Notes: a model not told the origin generated them from the sequence alone. A stretch of DNA of 64,000 nt from Candidatus Latescibacterota bacterium (GCA_963667175.2 CAXXXF010000006.1:224001-288000), one strand, 5' to 3'; positions 39,191 through 48,812 are shown, counted from the first letter of the stretch. Program-made: numbers and translations.

Positions 39191-40510
39191 TCAGTCGAAC
39201 ATCTCCTTACCGAGCGTAATACCATGCGCCTTGACAGGGTCTTCCGTCCTCCCGGCTCGGGCCAGGCGTCGGGACAGTTCCGAAGCCAGGATTTCGCCCA
39301 TCTCCCTGGTTCTCTCAGGGAGCACCCGCGCCAGATTATGCTGCTCACCCGGGTCGGTGTTCAAGTCATACAGTTCCCGCATGGGGTTGCCATAAAAATC
39401 GGGCTCGCTTGCGACAATCAGCTTCCATCCGTCTTTGCGCACAGCCCATTTGGCCATCCATGTGCACTCCTGGGTAAGCAACATCTCTCCGTCCGTTACC
39501 TCCGCTCCACCCCGGATGAGCGGGAGTACCGACCGACCGTCCATTCCGTGCGGGACTTTCAGACCCGCGCTATCCAGTACCGTCGGCGCGAGGTCCGTGT
39601 GTTGGACCAGTGACCGGATTCTGGTTCCATTGAATTCGTCACCCGGCCAGCGCACGATCAACGGCACGCGGATATCGCTTTCGTACAATCCATGGTGATC
39701 GAAGTAGATGCCGTGTTCACCCAGTTCCTCGCCGTGGTCGCTGAAAATGAACACCGCGGTCTCTTCGGCGAAACACAATTCGTCAAGCGCTCCCAGCAAC
39801 TCCCGGATTCCATCGTCCACGCACCTCACCTCGGCATCGTACTGGCTGCGTACGAATTCGATATCGGTGATCTGGTCCGCCGCCGCGTCCGGCCACTCGG
39901 ACGCCATCCGCCCGAGCCAGCCGGACGTCCACCAGTTCCTCAGGGGTCGCCGGTAGAAGCCGTCAAGGCTGCCTCTGTTTTCAACCGTCGGGTCGCCGGA
40001 ATAAAAAAGGTCTCTGTAGCGTCCGGGCGGCATATACGGCGTATGCGGATCCCAATAGTGCACGAAGAGAAAAAACGGCTCCTGGCCGCGGGCTCTCAGC
40101 CACTCGATGGCAAGGTCGTTAAAGCGGGAACAATCCGGAAAACTCCCCGATTCCCGCGGATTCAGACAGACGTCGAATCCTCTGGAAAACCAGGGTTTGT
40201 GATGTTCCGCCAGATTGTCCACCGCGGCAGTGGCGTACCCGGACCCCTGCAGGTGTTCCGGCAGGAACGGCGCGTATTCGCAGAGAGACCAGCGCCCCCT
40301 GTGCGCAACGATCCCATGTGTGGTCGGCCACTGCCCGGTGAACATGGTCGTGAACGAAGGCTGCGTGGGAATCGAGGGCGCATAGCAATTCTCGAACACA
40401 GTTGCGCGGCCTGCGAAATCGTCGACAAACGGCGTGGTCGTCCGGTCATATCCGTAGCAACCGAGTCGATCGGCGCGCAGGCTGTCCACGGCAATCATCA
40501 GGAAATTCAT
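39191..40510 (-). CDS. sulfatase-like alkaline phosphatase superfamily hydrolase (Thr at nucleophile site)
   Basis: VDSLRAD, PTQPSFTTMFTG, DPHTPY, SDHGE, DHHGLY, ELYDL..DPGE. Confidence 0.85.
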   Translation of the reverse strand: MNFLMIAVDSLRADRLGCYGYDRTTTPFVDDFAGRATVFENCYAPSIPTQPSFTTMFTGQWPTTHGIVAHRGRWSLCEYAPFLPEHLQGSGYATAAVDNLAEHHKPWFSRGFDVCLNPRESGSFPDCSRFNDLAIEWLRARGQEPFFLFVHYWDPHTPYMPPGRYRDLFYSGDPTVENRGSLDGFYRRPLRNWWTSGWLGRMASEWPDAAADQITDIEFVRSQYDAEVRCVDDGIRELLGALDELCFAEETAVFIFSDHGEELGEHGIYFDHHGLYESDIRVPLIVRWPGDEFNGTRIRSLVQHTDLAPTVLDSAGLKVPHGMDGRSVLPLIRGGAEVTDGEMLLTQECTWMAKWAVRKDGWKLIVASEPDFYGNPMRELYDLNTDPGEQHNLARVLPERTREMGEILASELSRRLARAGRTEDPVKAHGITLGKEMFD

Positions 40511-40658
40511 CGCCCGCGTACCCACCACCCGTCGGCTGTGCCGGACTGTAATACAACCAGGTTGAATACACCAATCCATCTTGTCATATGGGACTCTAAT
40601 TCACTGCAGCATCACTGCGAAAGCTGGCGGCAGACCACCGATCGGACTCGTGAATTCG

Positions 40659-40687
40659 AAGTTACGTCGGCGCATCTCTTTTGTCAA
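40659..40687 (-). promoter_or_regulatory. probable sigma70 promoter of sulfatase-M14-DUF309 operon
   Basis: TTGACA-N17-TAACTT. Confidence 0.55.
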
Positions 40688-40698
40688 CGTCCGGTAGA

Positions 40699-40730
40699 GA
40701 AGCGGAGGCCTCGTGCGAGACCTCCGCTTC
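40699..40730 (-). terminator. hairpin downstream of tRNA-Sec
   Basis: GAAGCGGAGG...CCTCCGCTTC 10-bp stem; weak U tract. Confidence 0.5.
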
Positions 40731-40736
40731 CGATAG

Positions 40737-40834
40737 TGGCGGGAATGTGTGGGAATCGAACCCACCCAGCGTGTGATTAGCACGCCGCAACGGGTTTGAA
40801 GCCCGCGAGGGCCACCAGTGCCCCATCCACTCCC
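40737..40834 (-). tRNA. selC: tRNA-Sec (anticodon UCA)
   Basis: GGGAGTGG...CGGG-CTTCAAA-CCCG, long variable arm, GTGGG-TTCGATT-CCCAC, 3' GCCA; directly downstream of selAB. Confidence 0.95.
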
Positions 40835-40966
40835 GCGTAAAGAGCAGATTGCCGGCGATTGCGGCATCCTGATGTATTGTACGTCAAAACCGGTATCAAC
40901 GATTGAATTCCCGTTGGAAACTCCTGGGGCGCCGGGCGAGTCGTTCCGGGATTCGGACCTCGGTGT

Positions 40967-42865
40967 TTACCCGGCGAGCACCCTGACGTCACCCTTCCTC
41001 ACAGTGACGCCCTTGCTGTCAAAATAGTTCAGCAGTGGAACGGCATATTTGCGCGTCGTGCCCACCAGATCACGAAACGCGGATACACTCAATTCCCGGT
41101 TCCGGTGAAGATATCCCAGGAGCCCCTGTTCGATCTCCTCCAGCGTGCGCGGAGGAAACATCAGATTCTCGTCGAGCCTTATGATCTCCCCCATCGATTG
41201 CATCGCTGCCGCCACCGCGTGAATTTCCGCGGCATCCCGTGTCAGACGTGCGCCGATCTCGGTCAGATCGGGTGGCGCCGCCCGCCCTGCCTGGAGAAGC
41301 TCCAGTATCTCCTGTCTGATCAGGCGCTGCTCCCCCGAAAAGCGGATCCGGTGATCGGCCATGCGCAGGAGGGGGCCCGCGGCGACCAACACCTTCCGAG
41401 AGAGCAAATGTTCGACGGCATGCTCGAATGACCATGCCGGAGGTATGGGCGCCACCCGCTGGCGAAGTTCGTTGCGTGAAGCTCCCGCTTTCAGGGGATT
41501 GGACCGGTGGTACCCGGACATCGCATCGCCTATAAGTTGCAGCAGCGAGTGCCAGGAGTCCGCATGCGCGTAGACGTCCTCTCCCGTGCGACGAAAGCCC
41601 AATGCTTCACCTTCCGCCAGCAAACCCCTCAGGCGTTCGTCTGTCTCGGAATGAGAGAGACCCAGCGCCGCCGCCAGGTCGCTTGCGGAAAAGGCCTGAA
41701 ATCCAGCCGATTTGAGCCGCAGGCTTAATACCCGTGTCGGATCCTCTACTTCGAGTTCGCGCAGTCTCTCCAGCGTGTCTTCTCGAAAACGGCGGTGCTT
41801 CAGAGGTTGCGTATCCAGCACCACCCCGCCCCCCAGCGTCTGAACGGGCGAGTAACGCCGGATCACGAATCGATCACCCCTGGCGCCCACGCCGCGGCCT
41901 TCCAGGCGGAACTGTACCAGCTGGGACTCGCCGGGTTCCAGTTCGTCTGCTTCCAGAAGAATCGCTCGCGCCAGCACGTCGCGAGGTCCGAGGTGAAGAT
42001 GCACACGCGCGCGGTTTTTCAGCGACACAGGCGCATCCTTCAGCAGCCGCAACCGTGCGTCGAGCATATACGTGGAACTGAAATAACCCTGCTGCGCCAG
42101 CAGGTCGCCCCGCGTCACCTGGTCCACTTCCAGGTCGGCCAGATTGACCGCCGCGCGATGGCCAACCCGGGCCGCTACCACGTCTCTGCCATGCACCTGC
42201 ACGCCCCGTACCCGTACGGGCCGGTCGGCCGGCTGAAGCATCACCAGGTCTTTCACCCGCACCTGGCCGGACAGTACGGTACCGGTCACGACCGTGCCGA
42301 ATCCCCGGACCGAGAAAACCCGGTCCACGGGCAATCGGAACACCCCGCCGTCCGGGCGTTCCCGGACCTTCCCGATTTCCTCCTCCAACAACGTCCGAAG
42401 CGTATCGATCCCCTCCCCGGTGACCGCGGACACCGGAACGACCGGTGCGCCGTCCAGGAACGTGCCATCGAACAGGTCGCGCAGGTCCTCCTCCACCAGT
42501 TCCGCCCAATCCGGCTCCACCAGATCCACCTTGTTGAGCGCCACGACACCCCGACGCACGCCCAGGAGATTCAGAATACCCAGATGTTCGCGTGTCTGGG
42601 GCATGGCCCCGTCGTCCGCCGCGACCACAAACAGTGCGAGATCCACCGTACATACGCCCGTCACCATATTCTTCACAAACCGTTCGTGCCCGGGCACGTC
42701 TATTATCGTAACATGGTCCTTCCAGTATGCAAATCCGATATCGATCGTCACCCCGCGGTCCTTCTCTTGCGGGAGCGTATCGGTATCGATGCCCGTAAGC
42801 GCCTTGATCAGCGCAGTCTTGCCATGGTCGATATGACCTGCCGTACCGATGATCACGTGTGACAC
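40967..42865 (-). CDS. selB: selenocysteine-specific elongation factor
   Basis: GTAGHIDHGKT, DVPGHERFVKNM, DRVF...GFGTVVTG, C-terminal TRKYAVPLL.YFD. Confidence 0.96.
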   Translation of the reverse strand: MSHVIIGTAGHIDHGKTALIKALTGIDTDTLPQEKDRGVTIDIGFAYWKDHVTIIDVPGHERFVKNMVTGVCTVDLALFVVAADDGAMPQTREHLGILNLLGVRRGVVALNKVDLVEPDWAELVEEDLRDLFDGTFLDGAPVVPVSAVTGEGIDTLRTLLEEEIGKVRERPDGGVFRLPVDRVFSVRGFGTVVTGTVLSGQVRVKDLVMLQPADRPVRVRGVQVHGRDVVAARVGHRAAVNLADLEVDQVTRGDLLAQQGYFSSTYMLDARLRLLKDAPVSLKNRARVHLHLGPRDVLARAILLEADELEPGESQLVQFRLEGRGVGARGDRFVIRRYSPVQTLGGGVVLDTQPLKHRRFREDTLERLRELEVEDPTRVLSLRLKSAGFQAFSASDLAAALGLSHSETDERLRGLLAEGEALGFRRTGEDVYAHADSWHSLLQLIGDAMSGYHRSNPLKAGASRNELRQRVAPIPPAWSFEHAVEHLLSRKVLVAAGPLLRMADHRIRFSGEQRLIRQEILELLQAGRAAPPDLTEIGARLTRDAAEIHAVAAAMQSMGEIIRLDENLMFPPRTLEEIEQGLLGYLHRNRELSVSAFRDLVGTTRKYAVPLLNYFDSKGVTVRKGDVRVLAG

Positions 42866-44280
42866 GATACTGACTCCGCGCCATCCCCCACCGCACGGCG
42901 AAGCGAGGCCTCAACGTGGCGCAACTCATCTGCGGCCACCGTCCGCAAATCCAGAAACAGACGATCGTCCCGCACGTATCCGATAACCGGCGGGTCGTTC
43001 GCGCGCAGACGGGCCGCCAGGCCGGTTACGGAACCACCGATGCACGTGACGCGTAGCGCCGCGCTGGGGATTTCCTCCAGCGGCATGGCGCCGCTTCCGG
43101 TCTGAGCGACGGAATCCACCAGTTCAATTCGCAGCTCCGGCAGCTGACTCAGCCGGGACAGGCTTCGCCGGCCCCGACGCTTCAGCGCCGCCACAGGCGC
43201 GGTCAGCATCGCAAGCGTGGGATGCGCACGCGATAACTCCTTCGGGTTCAGGAAGAGCCTCAACGTTGCCGCCAGCGCGGCGTACGTCAATTTCCCGCAC
43301 CGCAACGCCCGCATGAGCGGGTTCCGGCGGATCTTCTCGATAGCGTCTCGCCTTCCCACCAGAATGCCCGCCTGGGGGCCGCCCAACACCTTGTCTGCAC
43401 TGAAGGTTACCACGTCGGCGCCAGCCGCGACGCTGTCCGATACCAGGGGCTCGTAAGGCAGGCCGAACGCTCCCATGTCGACCAGAGCCCCGCCGCCCAG
43501 GTCGTGGACCACGGCCACGCCGCTCCGCTTGCCCAGCGCAACCAGTTCCGCCAAAGAAACCGCGGCCGTAAAGCCCATTACCTTGTAATTGCTCGGGTGC
43601 ACCGCCAGCATCAGGCCGGCGCGACCGGTCAGGGCCGTCTCGAAGTCCCGCAGATGGGTCCGGTTTGTCGTGCCGACCTCGACCATCAGCGCGCCGCTGC
43701 GCGCCATGATTTCCGGGATGCGAAAGGACCCTCCGATTTCGATCAGTTCGCCACGCGAGACCAGCGCTTCTTTTCCCAGGCTCAGCGAATTCAGGGTCAA
43801 CAAGACGGCGGCCGCGTTGTTGTTGACCACGGCTGCCGCATCGGCGCCGGTCAGCGCGCACAACAGTTCCTCAACCAGCGCGGTTCGCGACCCGCGCCCG
43901 CCGCTTTCGAGGTCCACCTCGAGATTGCTGTACCCCGAGGCAACGCCGGCCACGGCCCGGGCCGCCGCATTCGACAGCGGCGCGCGTCCGAGATTCGTGT
44001 GCAGCACGATTCCCGTGGCGTTAACGACCCGCTTGAGACCGGGAACGGTAATGCGCGCAACACGCAGGCCGACCTGGCGAACCACCCGAGCCACGAGCGC
44101 TTCCCGTGGCTCACCGATCGCTTCGCCGCGACGCATGGCCTCCCGGACGGCGGCGATTCCCTCGCGCACGAAACCTGCGACCAGCGGCCGTTCGCAACGT
44201 TCGCAAAGTGCCCGTACGTCGGGCTCTTCCAGCACCGCGTCGACGGAGGGTATCAGTGAGAAGTCGGCCTGTTCCGCCAT
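42853..44280 (-). CDS. selA: L-seryl-tRNA(Sec) selenium transferase
   Basis: NATGIVLHTNLGRAPL, VNNNAAAV, SRGELIEIGGSFRIP, EVGTTNRTH, FSADKVLGGPQAG. Confidence 0.96.
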   Translation of the reverse strand: MAEQADFSLIPSVDAVLEEPDVRALCERCERPLVAGFVREGIAAVREAMRRGEAIGEPREALVARVVRQVGLRVARITVPGLKRVVNATGIVLHTNLGRAPLSNAAARAVAGVASGYSNLEVDLESGGRGSRTALVEELLCALTGADAAAVVNNNAAAVLLTLNSLSLGKEALVSRGELIEIGGSFRIPEIMARSGALMVEVGTTNRTHLRDFETALTGRAGLMLAVHPSNYKVMGFTAAVSLAELVALGKRSGVAVVHDLGGGALVDMGAFGLPYEPLVSDSVAAGADVVTFSADKVLGGPQAGILVGRRDAIEKIRRNPLMRALRCGKLTYAALAATLRLFLNPKELSRAHPTLAMLTAPVAALKRRGRRSLSRLSQLPELRIELVDSVAQTGSGAMPLEEIPSAALRVTCIGGSVTGLAARLRANDPPVIGYVRDDRLFLDLRTVAADELRHVEASLRRAVGDGAESVSCHT

Positions 44281-44369
44281 GTTGCTCCCGACTATGGACG
44301 CGACTGACGATGCCCGTGGCGGGAAATCACGCGGGCTGAAACGTGTACGATACACCGGGCCGCCTGACG

Positions 44370-46592
44370 TCAGGGCACGATCCTGAACGAAATGTCCTTT
44401 GACGTCCGTTCATCCGCCAGCAGGTCCGTAACGGCCACTCTGACCAGCTGCCCGCCCTCCTGCGTTTCGGTAAGGTCCAGTTCGACGTAGGCCACTTCAT
44501 CCGGCAGGCTGCCGGCCTGGTCGTAAGCAATGACGACTTCCCGGTCCTTTTCGGACAGCCGGAAGACTCTGCCCAGTCCGTGCAGCACCCTTGCGGGGAG
44601 CGCCCGTTTCCGTTGCGACCGAAGCGTATATTCCACCCGATAACGCGTCTGACCGAAAGCATCCTGCTTCAAATTATAGATTTCGAAATATACGAACGCG
44701 TTCTGGTGGCTCCGAAATGCCAGGGACGACATCGGAACGACCTTAAGCCCGTTCTTCACGTAATCTCCCGATGGCTCGTCGGTCGGTTCCGTTGCGAAGG
44801 CCAGTTCGATATCGCTGATCAGCAGCCCGGACGGCCCGTGATAGTCCTCAAGTACGACTGCCTGCTGGTAAACCTGCGACTTGCCGGAAACGACGTCTCT
44901 TACCTGAAGCGCCATATGGTACGTCCCCGGAGGCAGATCCACCGGCATCACACCCGGTATGAAGGCGCCGTCCTCGACCTGCTGGTTCGTGGGCGCTTTG
45001 AAGGCCATCTGATCCACCTCCCGATGGACTTCGTTCCACAAGCTGTCGAAGACGGCCACGCCCCGGTCGAGCAGAATCAGATCGGTTCCTTCGTCCACGT
45101 TCAATCGAACCACCTCGGATGCGGGCAGCCCGTAATAGACCTCCAGCCGCGTCGTGGACTCCGGTCCCTTGAAATCCGCAGGATAGTAGTAGAAATCGAT
45201 GGGCAGATCGGCGAAATCGTTCGAATAGCGTGATGGTCGACTCGCCACGACGTTCTGCATGACCACCCCGCCCTGAAAACCGGCCAGATGGATACCGACG
45301 TGCGGCGCGACCCTTAGCGGAAAGGGCGCGAAGTCGTAACGCCTGCCTTTGAAGACTTCCGCGAAGGTAATCTCGATGCCGCCATCCACCTGCGTGTAAA
45401 TCCAGTATTCCCACCTGGCATTCGCGGCAACCGGAAAGATCGGCAGCCCCGGCGAAATAGGCAGCGCGATCCGGGACTGGTTCACGAAATTCACTCGTGT
45501 TTCCTGTACCTCCCGGTTCCGTTCGGCTTGAATATCGTCCCATCTGCTGACATGGTCCGGATCCCCCAGGCGGATGAAAACCTCGCCCCGTTTGTCCCAG
45601 CCGCCATCCGGCTTCGCAAAGTGTTCCAGCGCGTAGGCCACCCGGCGATAGTGTTCCAGCAGGCGCTCGTTTTCAGGGGTGAGGGGCGTGGGGTCGCGAC
45701 GGTTCCAGAACCGCGCGGCGAGCGCATCCCTTTCACCGGGCGCAGCCGCCTCGTATCGGGCGAGTTCCTCGTCGTCCGCCACAAGGGTTATGTCCTGATA
45801 TCTGCGCTGTTCGGCGTCCGGAAGAAACGAGAAATAGACCCCGAACAGTTCGTTCGCACGTTCGAAGTCACGATTCATCAAGGCAATGACGGCAAGATCG
45901 CGATTGGCCGGAACACGGGCGTCCCCAGCGGCCTTCAGAAGCCCCGCGAGGGTGTTGACCGCTTCCTCGCTATTGCCCAGCGAGAGCCACAACCTGGCCA
46001 GCCGGATACCTGCGCGGGGATGTGCCGGATTCGCCTTCATCTCCTGCTGGTAGGCGGAAATCGCCTCGTGTCGCTTGCCGTCGTCCTCAAGCAGCAGTCC
46101 GACCTGGAAATGCGCGTCCGGGTACTGGCCATCCATATCAATCACTCTCTCAAATGCTTCCCGTGCCCGGCGCTTCCGAGTTTCCAGGTAGACGCCCGCC
46201 AGGTGGTACTGCGCCTCGGCCATGTCCGGATCTGCTCTCAGGGCTCGCTTGAAATACGTCCCGGCGCGCCTGAATCCCTGTTTGGATGCCATATAGGCCA
46301 GTCCCAACCCGTTGTACCCGGCTGCCGTGGCGCCTTTTTTCACCGCCTTCCTGAATGCCTTTTTGGCCGCCTTCGGATTGCCGGCATCCAGATAGGCATT
46401 TCCGAGAAGGACATAATCCCGCGCCGTCTCCGCTCCCAGGTCGACCACACGCTCCAGCGCGGAAATGGCGCGTTCCGGCCGTCCCCGCGTAACCTCCTCT
46501 TCAGCTTCGGTCCGAAGCGAATCCACCGGCGGCGTTATTGCTGCCGATGACGACGCGAAATTCAGGACAAACAGGATGATGATCCATGCCAT
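44370..46592 (-). CDS. exported TPR + GWxTD domain protein
   Basis: Signal peptide, TPRs, FW..RDPTP....NE...EH..R..YA...F.....WD.RG..FIR.G.PD. Confidence 0.85.
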   Translation of the reverse strand: MAWIIILFVLNFASSSAAITPPVDSLRTEAEEEVTRGRPERAISALERVVDLGAETARDYVLLGNAYLDAGNPKAAKKAFRKAVKKGATAAGYNGLGLAYMASKQGFRRAGTYFKRALRADPDMAEAQYHLAGVYLETRKRRAREAFERVIDMDGQYPDAHFQVGLLLEDDGKRHEAISAYQQEMKANPAHPRAGIRLARLWLSLGNSEEAVNTLAGLLKAAGDARVPANRDLAVIALMNRDFERANELFGVYFSFLPDAEQRRYQDITLVADDEELARYEAAAPGERDALAARFWNRRDPTPLTPENERLLEHYRRVAYALEHFAKPDGGWDKRGEVFIRLGDPDHVSRWDDIQAERNREVQETRVNFVNQSRIALPISPGLPIFPVAANARWEYWIYTQVDGGIEITFAEVFKGRRYDFAPFPLRVAPHVGIHLAGFQGGVVMQNVVASRPSRYSNDFADLPIDFYYYPADFKGPESTTRLEVYYGLPASEVVRLNVDEGTDLILLDRGVAVFDSLWNEVHREVDQMAFKAPTNQQVEDGAFIPGVMPVDLPPGTYHMALQVRDVVSGKSQVYQQAVVLEDYHGPSGLLISDIELAFATEPTDEPSGDYVKNGLKVVPMSSLAFRSHQNAFVYFEIYNLKQDAFGQTRYRVEYTLRSQRKRALPARVLHGLGRVFRLSEKDREVVIAYDQAGSLPDEVAYVELDLTETQEGGQLVRVAVTDLLADERTSKDISFRIVP

Positions 46593-46734
46593 GGTCGATC
46601 TTTCCGGGAAGGGTCGTACTGCCGGGTCACTCAGAAAATCTATCGAATATATCCCCCGCGCGCAAAGGATTTCTATTCTTGCCGCACGGGCCTGGAGCCT
46701 GTTCCCGGAGACCGGTAATCGGGACGCTTCGGCA

Positions 46735-46763
46735 TTGACAACGCACAGGGGCAGGATTATCTT
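46735..46763 (+). promoter_or_regulatory. probable sigma70 promoter of galU
   Basis: TTGACA-N17-TATCTT. Confidence 0.6.
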
Positions 46764-46794
46764 TCACGCGGGTCATACCTGAGAAGGATCCTTT

Positions 46795-47721
46795 ATGTCC
46801 ATCCGAAAAGTCGTCATCCCGGTTGCCGGTCTCGGCACCCGTCTATTGCCAACGACAAGAGCCCTGCCGAAAGAGATGCTGCCCGTTGGCAAATACCCCG
46901 CCATACAGCACGTCGTCGAGGAGATGGCGGCCGCCAATCTGACGAAGTGTCTCTTCGTGACCTCTCATAGCAAGACGATGATCGAAAACCAGTTCGACAA
47001 CAACATCGATATCTTCTCGCAGGCGGAACAGAACCACAATTCGATCGACCCGACGCACTTCGACTACAGCCGGCGAGGCATCGAGTTCTTCTATACGCGG
47101 CAACAGGCGCTGCCCCCCACGTTCAGACCTCGCGGCACCGGCGCTGCGATACTCGCCGCCGAGAGTTTCGTTGAAAAAGAGCATTTCGCGGTTGCCTACG
47201 GCGATACGATTATCAATACCAGGCACACGCCGAATTTTCTGGCGCGAATGATTGAATCTCATCTCAGACACGGTTCCGCGTGTACCGTGGGCGTCCGTCC
47301 CGTCTCGTCCGATATGGTAGGACGTTACGGTATTGTCAAGCCCGACCCGGCAGGCGACCCGAACGCCGACGGCTTTTCCATCCGGGACCTCGTGGAAAAA
47401 CCCGGCGCGGACGAAGCGCCAAGCCTTATGGCCGTGAGCGCCCGGTATGTCTTCAGTCCCGAAATTTTCGACGAAATCCGCGGGCTTACGGAGGTCTCCG
47501 GCGGCGAACTCGGTGTTACGGACGCCATTCGCAGCCTGATCAGGCGGGGCAGGTCGGTCCGATGCGTACGTCTGTTGCCGGATGAAACGAGGTACGACAT
47601 CGGAAGCCACGAGAGTTATTACCGGGCGTTTATCGACTTTGCCCTTCAGGATCCCAAATGTGGAGACCGAATTCGGGAATACCTCGAAGCCTGCGTAAAA
47701 CGCGCGGGAAAAAGCGCCTGA
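46795..47721 (+). CDS. galU: UTP--glucose-1-phosphate uridylyltransferase
   Basis: KVVIPVAGLGTRLLP.T..LPKEMLP, LVEKP, RYV, TDAI, YDIG. Confidence 0.88.
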   Translation: MSIRKVVIPVAGLGTRLLPTTRALPKEMLPVGKYPAIQHVVEEMAAANLTKCLFVTSHSKTMIENQFDNNIDIFSQAEQNHNSIDPTHFDYSRRGIEFFYTRQQALPPTFRPRGTGAAILAAESFVEKEHFAVAYGDTIINTRHTPNFLARMIESHLRHGSACTVGVRPVSSDMVGRYGIVKPDPAGDPNADGFSIRDLVEKPGADEAPSLMAVSARYVFSPEIFDEIRGLTEVSGGELGVTDAIRSLIRRGRSVRCVRLLPDETRYDIGSHESYYRAFIDFALQDPKCGDRIREYLEACVKRAGKSA

Positions 47722-47754
47722 TCCGGCGGCAGACGTGCAGGCTTTCGCACTGCC

Positions 47755-47797
47755 AAAAAAGAGAAGCCCTTCGGAATTCAGAAATCCGAAGGGCTTT
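47755..47797. terminator. intrinsic terminator between convergent genes
   Basis: AAGCCCTTCGGA...TCCGAAGGGCTT with flanking A/T tracts. Confidence 0.7.
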
Positions 47798-47874
47798 GCC
47801 ATACCCAATAATGGACATTAACGACGTCCGGAATGGGTTCAAGTCTCCGCCGGGGGCCCGGGCTGCCGACCCCG

Positions 47875-48000
47875 TAACAGTCCGTTGAAAAAGACGCTCC
47901 GCAGGCGAGGCCGAGTCATTGTGGCCGAAGACAAGGCGCGCCTGTCTGCGTGCGAACGCACAGGCAGGCAGCCCGGATGGACTTTATCATCGGGCTGCTA
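47875..48000. mobile_element. MITE-like repeat, copy 2 (with nested hairpin insert)
   Basis: Imperfect TIRs TAACAGTCCGTTGAAAAAG / CTTTATCATCGGGCTGCTA; core shared with 15363-15450. Confidence 0.65.
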
Positions 48001-48059
48001 AGGACGGCGAGGGTTCCGACTTTTCTTCCTGCACGTCCTCTTCTCCCCGCAATGCCCGT

Positions 48060-48515
48060 TCAACGGCTTTCATCATCGTCGCTCACCAGTTTCTCGCCGT
48101 CGAATATCAACTTGCCCTTTTCGTAGATGCAACCGGTCTCCTCCACCAGTTCGTATTTCATCAACTGCCCATGCGACATGTGGTTGAAGACCTCTTTCGG
48201 GTCTTTGTATTTTTCAATCAGTTTTTCGATTGGACCCTCGAACTGGATGGCTCTGCGAACGGGCCGTTCCTTTTCGCGACGCTCCCGCTCCTCCCTGGTG
48301 AGGATAGGCAACCGCTCGGCCGCGGGGCCCAGACGGCTGGTATACTCCTGCCGCTGGCGAAACCGGTCGTGCCGCTTCTCGAGTTCCGACTTGTCCCCCA
48401 CGCTGTCGTAATACTCCGACACCTCCTCAGCCTTCTCCCTGAACCGCTTCTGTTCCTGATCTTTCAACTCGTCGTTTCCCATTTTCCGCATAATGTCCTT
48501 AACCGACTTGCTCAT
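48060..48515 (-). CDS. hypothetical charged protein
   Basis: 151-aa ORF with GGAGG RBS and its own promoter; no family recognised. Confidence 0.7.
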   Translation of the reverse strand: MSKSVKDIMRKMGNDELKDQEQKRFREKAEEVSEYYDSVGDKSELEKRHDRFRQRQEYTSRLGPAAERLPILTREERERREKERPVRRAIQFEGPIEKLIEKYKDPKEVFNHMSHGQLMKYELVEETGCIYEKGKLIFDGEKLVSDDDESR

Positions 48516-48605
48516 TCAAACGCCTCCAGATCGTTGGGATGCCCGATCCCGCAAACGCGTTAGTTGCGGCGCGACAGGTCGTTGCGATGCAAATCCACGA
48601 CAAAA

Positions 48606-48634
48606 AACATACATCGCGACCCGGCTTTTGTCAA
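48606..48634 (-). promoter_or_regulatory. probable sigma70 promoter of 48515 gene
   Basis: TTGACA-N17-TATGTT. Confidence 0.6.
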
Positions 48635-48677
48635 CGGCAAAATTGGCGATGCGACCCGCCCGCAATCCCGAAAAAAG

Positions 48678-48706
48678 TTGACTCCAGCCTGCTCACGGCG
48701 TAGTTT
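48678..48706 (+). promoter_or_regulatory. probable sigma70 promoter of mazG
   Basis: TTGACT-N17-TAGTTT. Confidence 0.5.
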
Positions 48707-48812
48707 GTGGTTGCGAGCCGACCCGCCCCGACGCCGCGGGCCGATTCACCGGGATTCGCGAACCCCGGCGTCCCGAGCGCCGGGTTGCCTCCGCCTTCTC
48801 AAGGACTCCGTG

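Noticed and set aside
40737-40834. G-A mismatch at the 8th acceptor-stem pair as a novel tRNA-Sec fold
   Set aside because: The rest fits the normal 8/5 bacterial tRNA-Sec, and I recall similar mismatches in other bacterial selC genes; not enough for a claim.
29348-47849. 13-mer GGTTCAAGTCTCC at ~29348 and ~47837, resembling a tRNA T-loop or att site
   Set aside because: No T-stem pairing, CCA end or integrase; core genes lie between the two; probably chance.
47987-48076. Overlapping short minus-strand frame MMKAVERALRGEEDVQEEKSEPSPSLAAR, suggesting a frameshifted tail of the 48060-48515 gene
   Set aside because: No slippery site or homology evidence; it runs into the MITE end.
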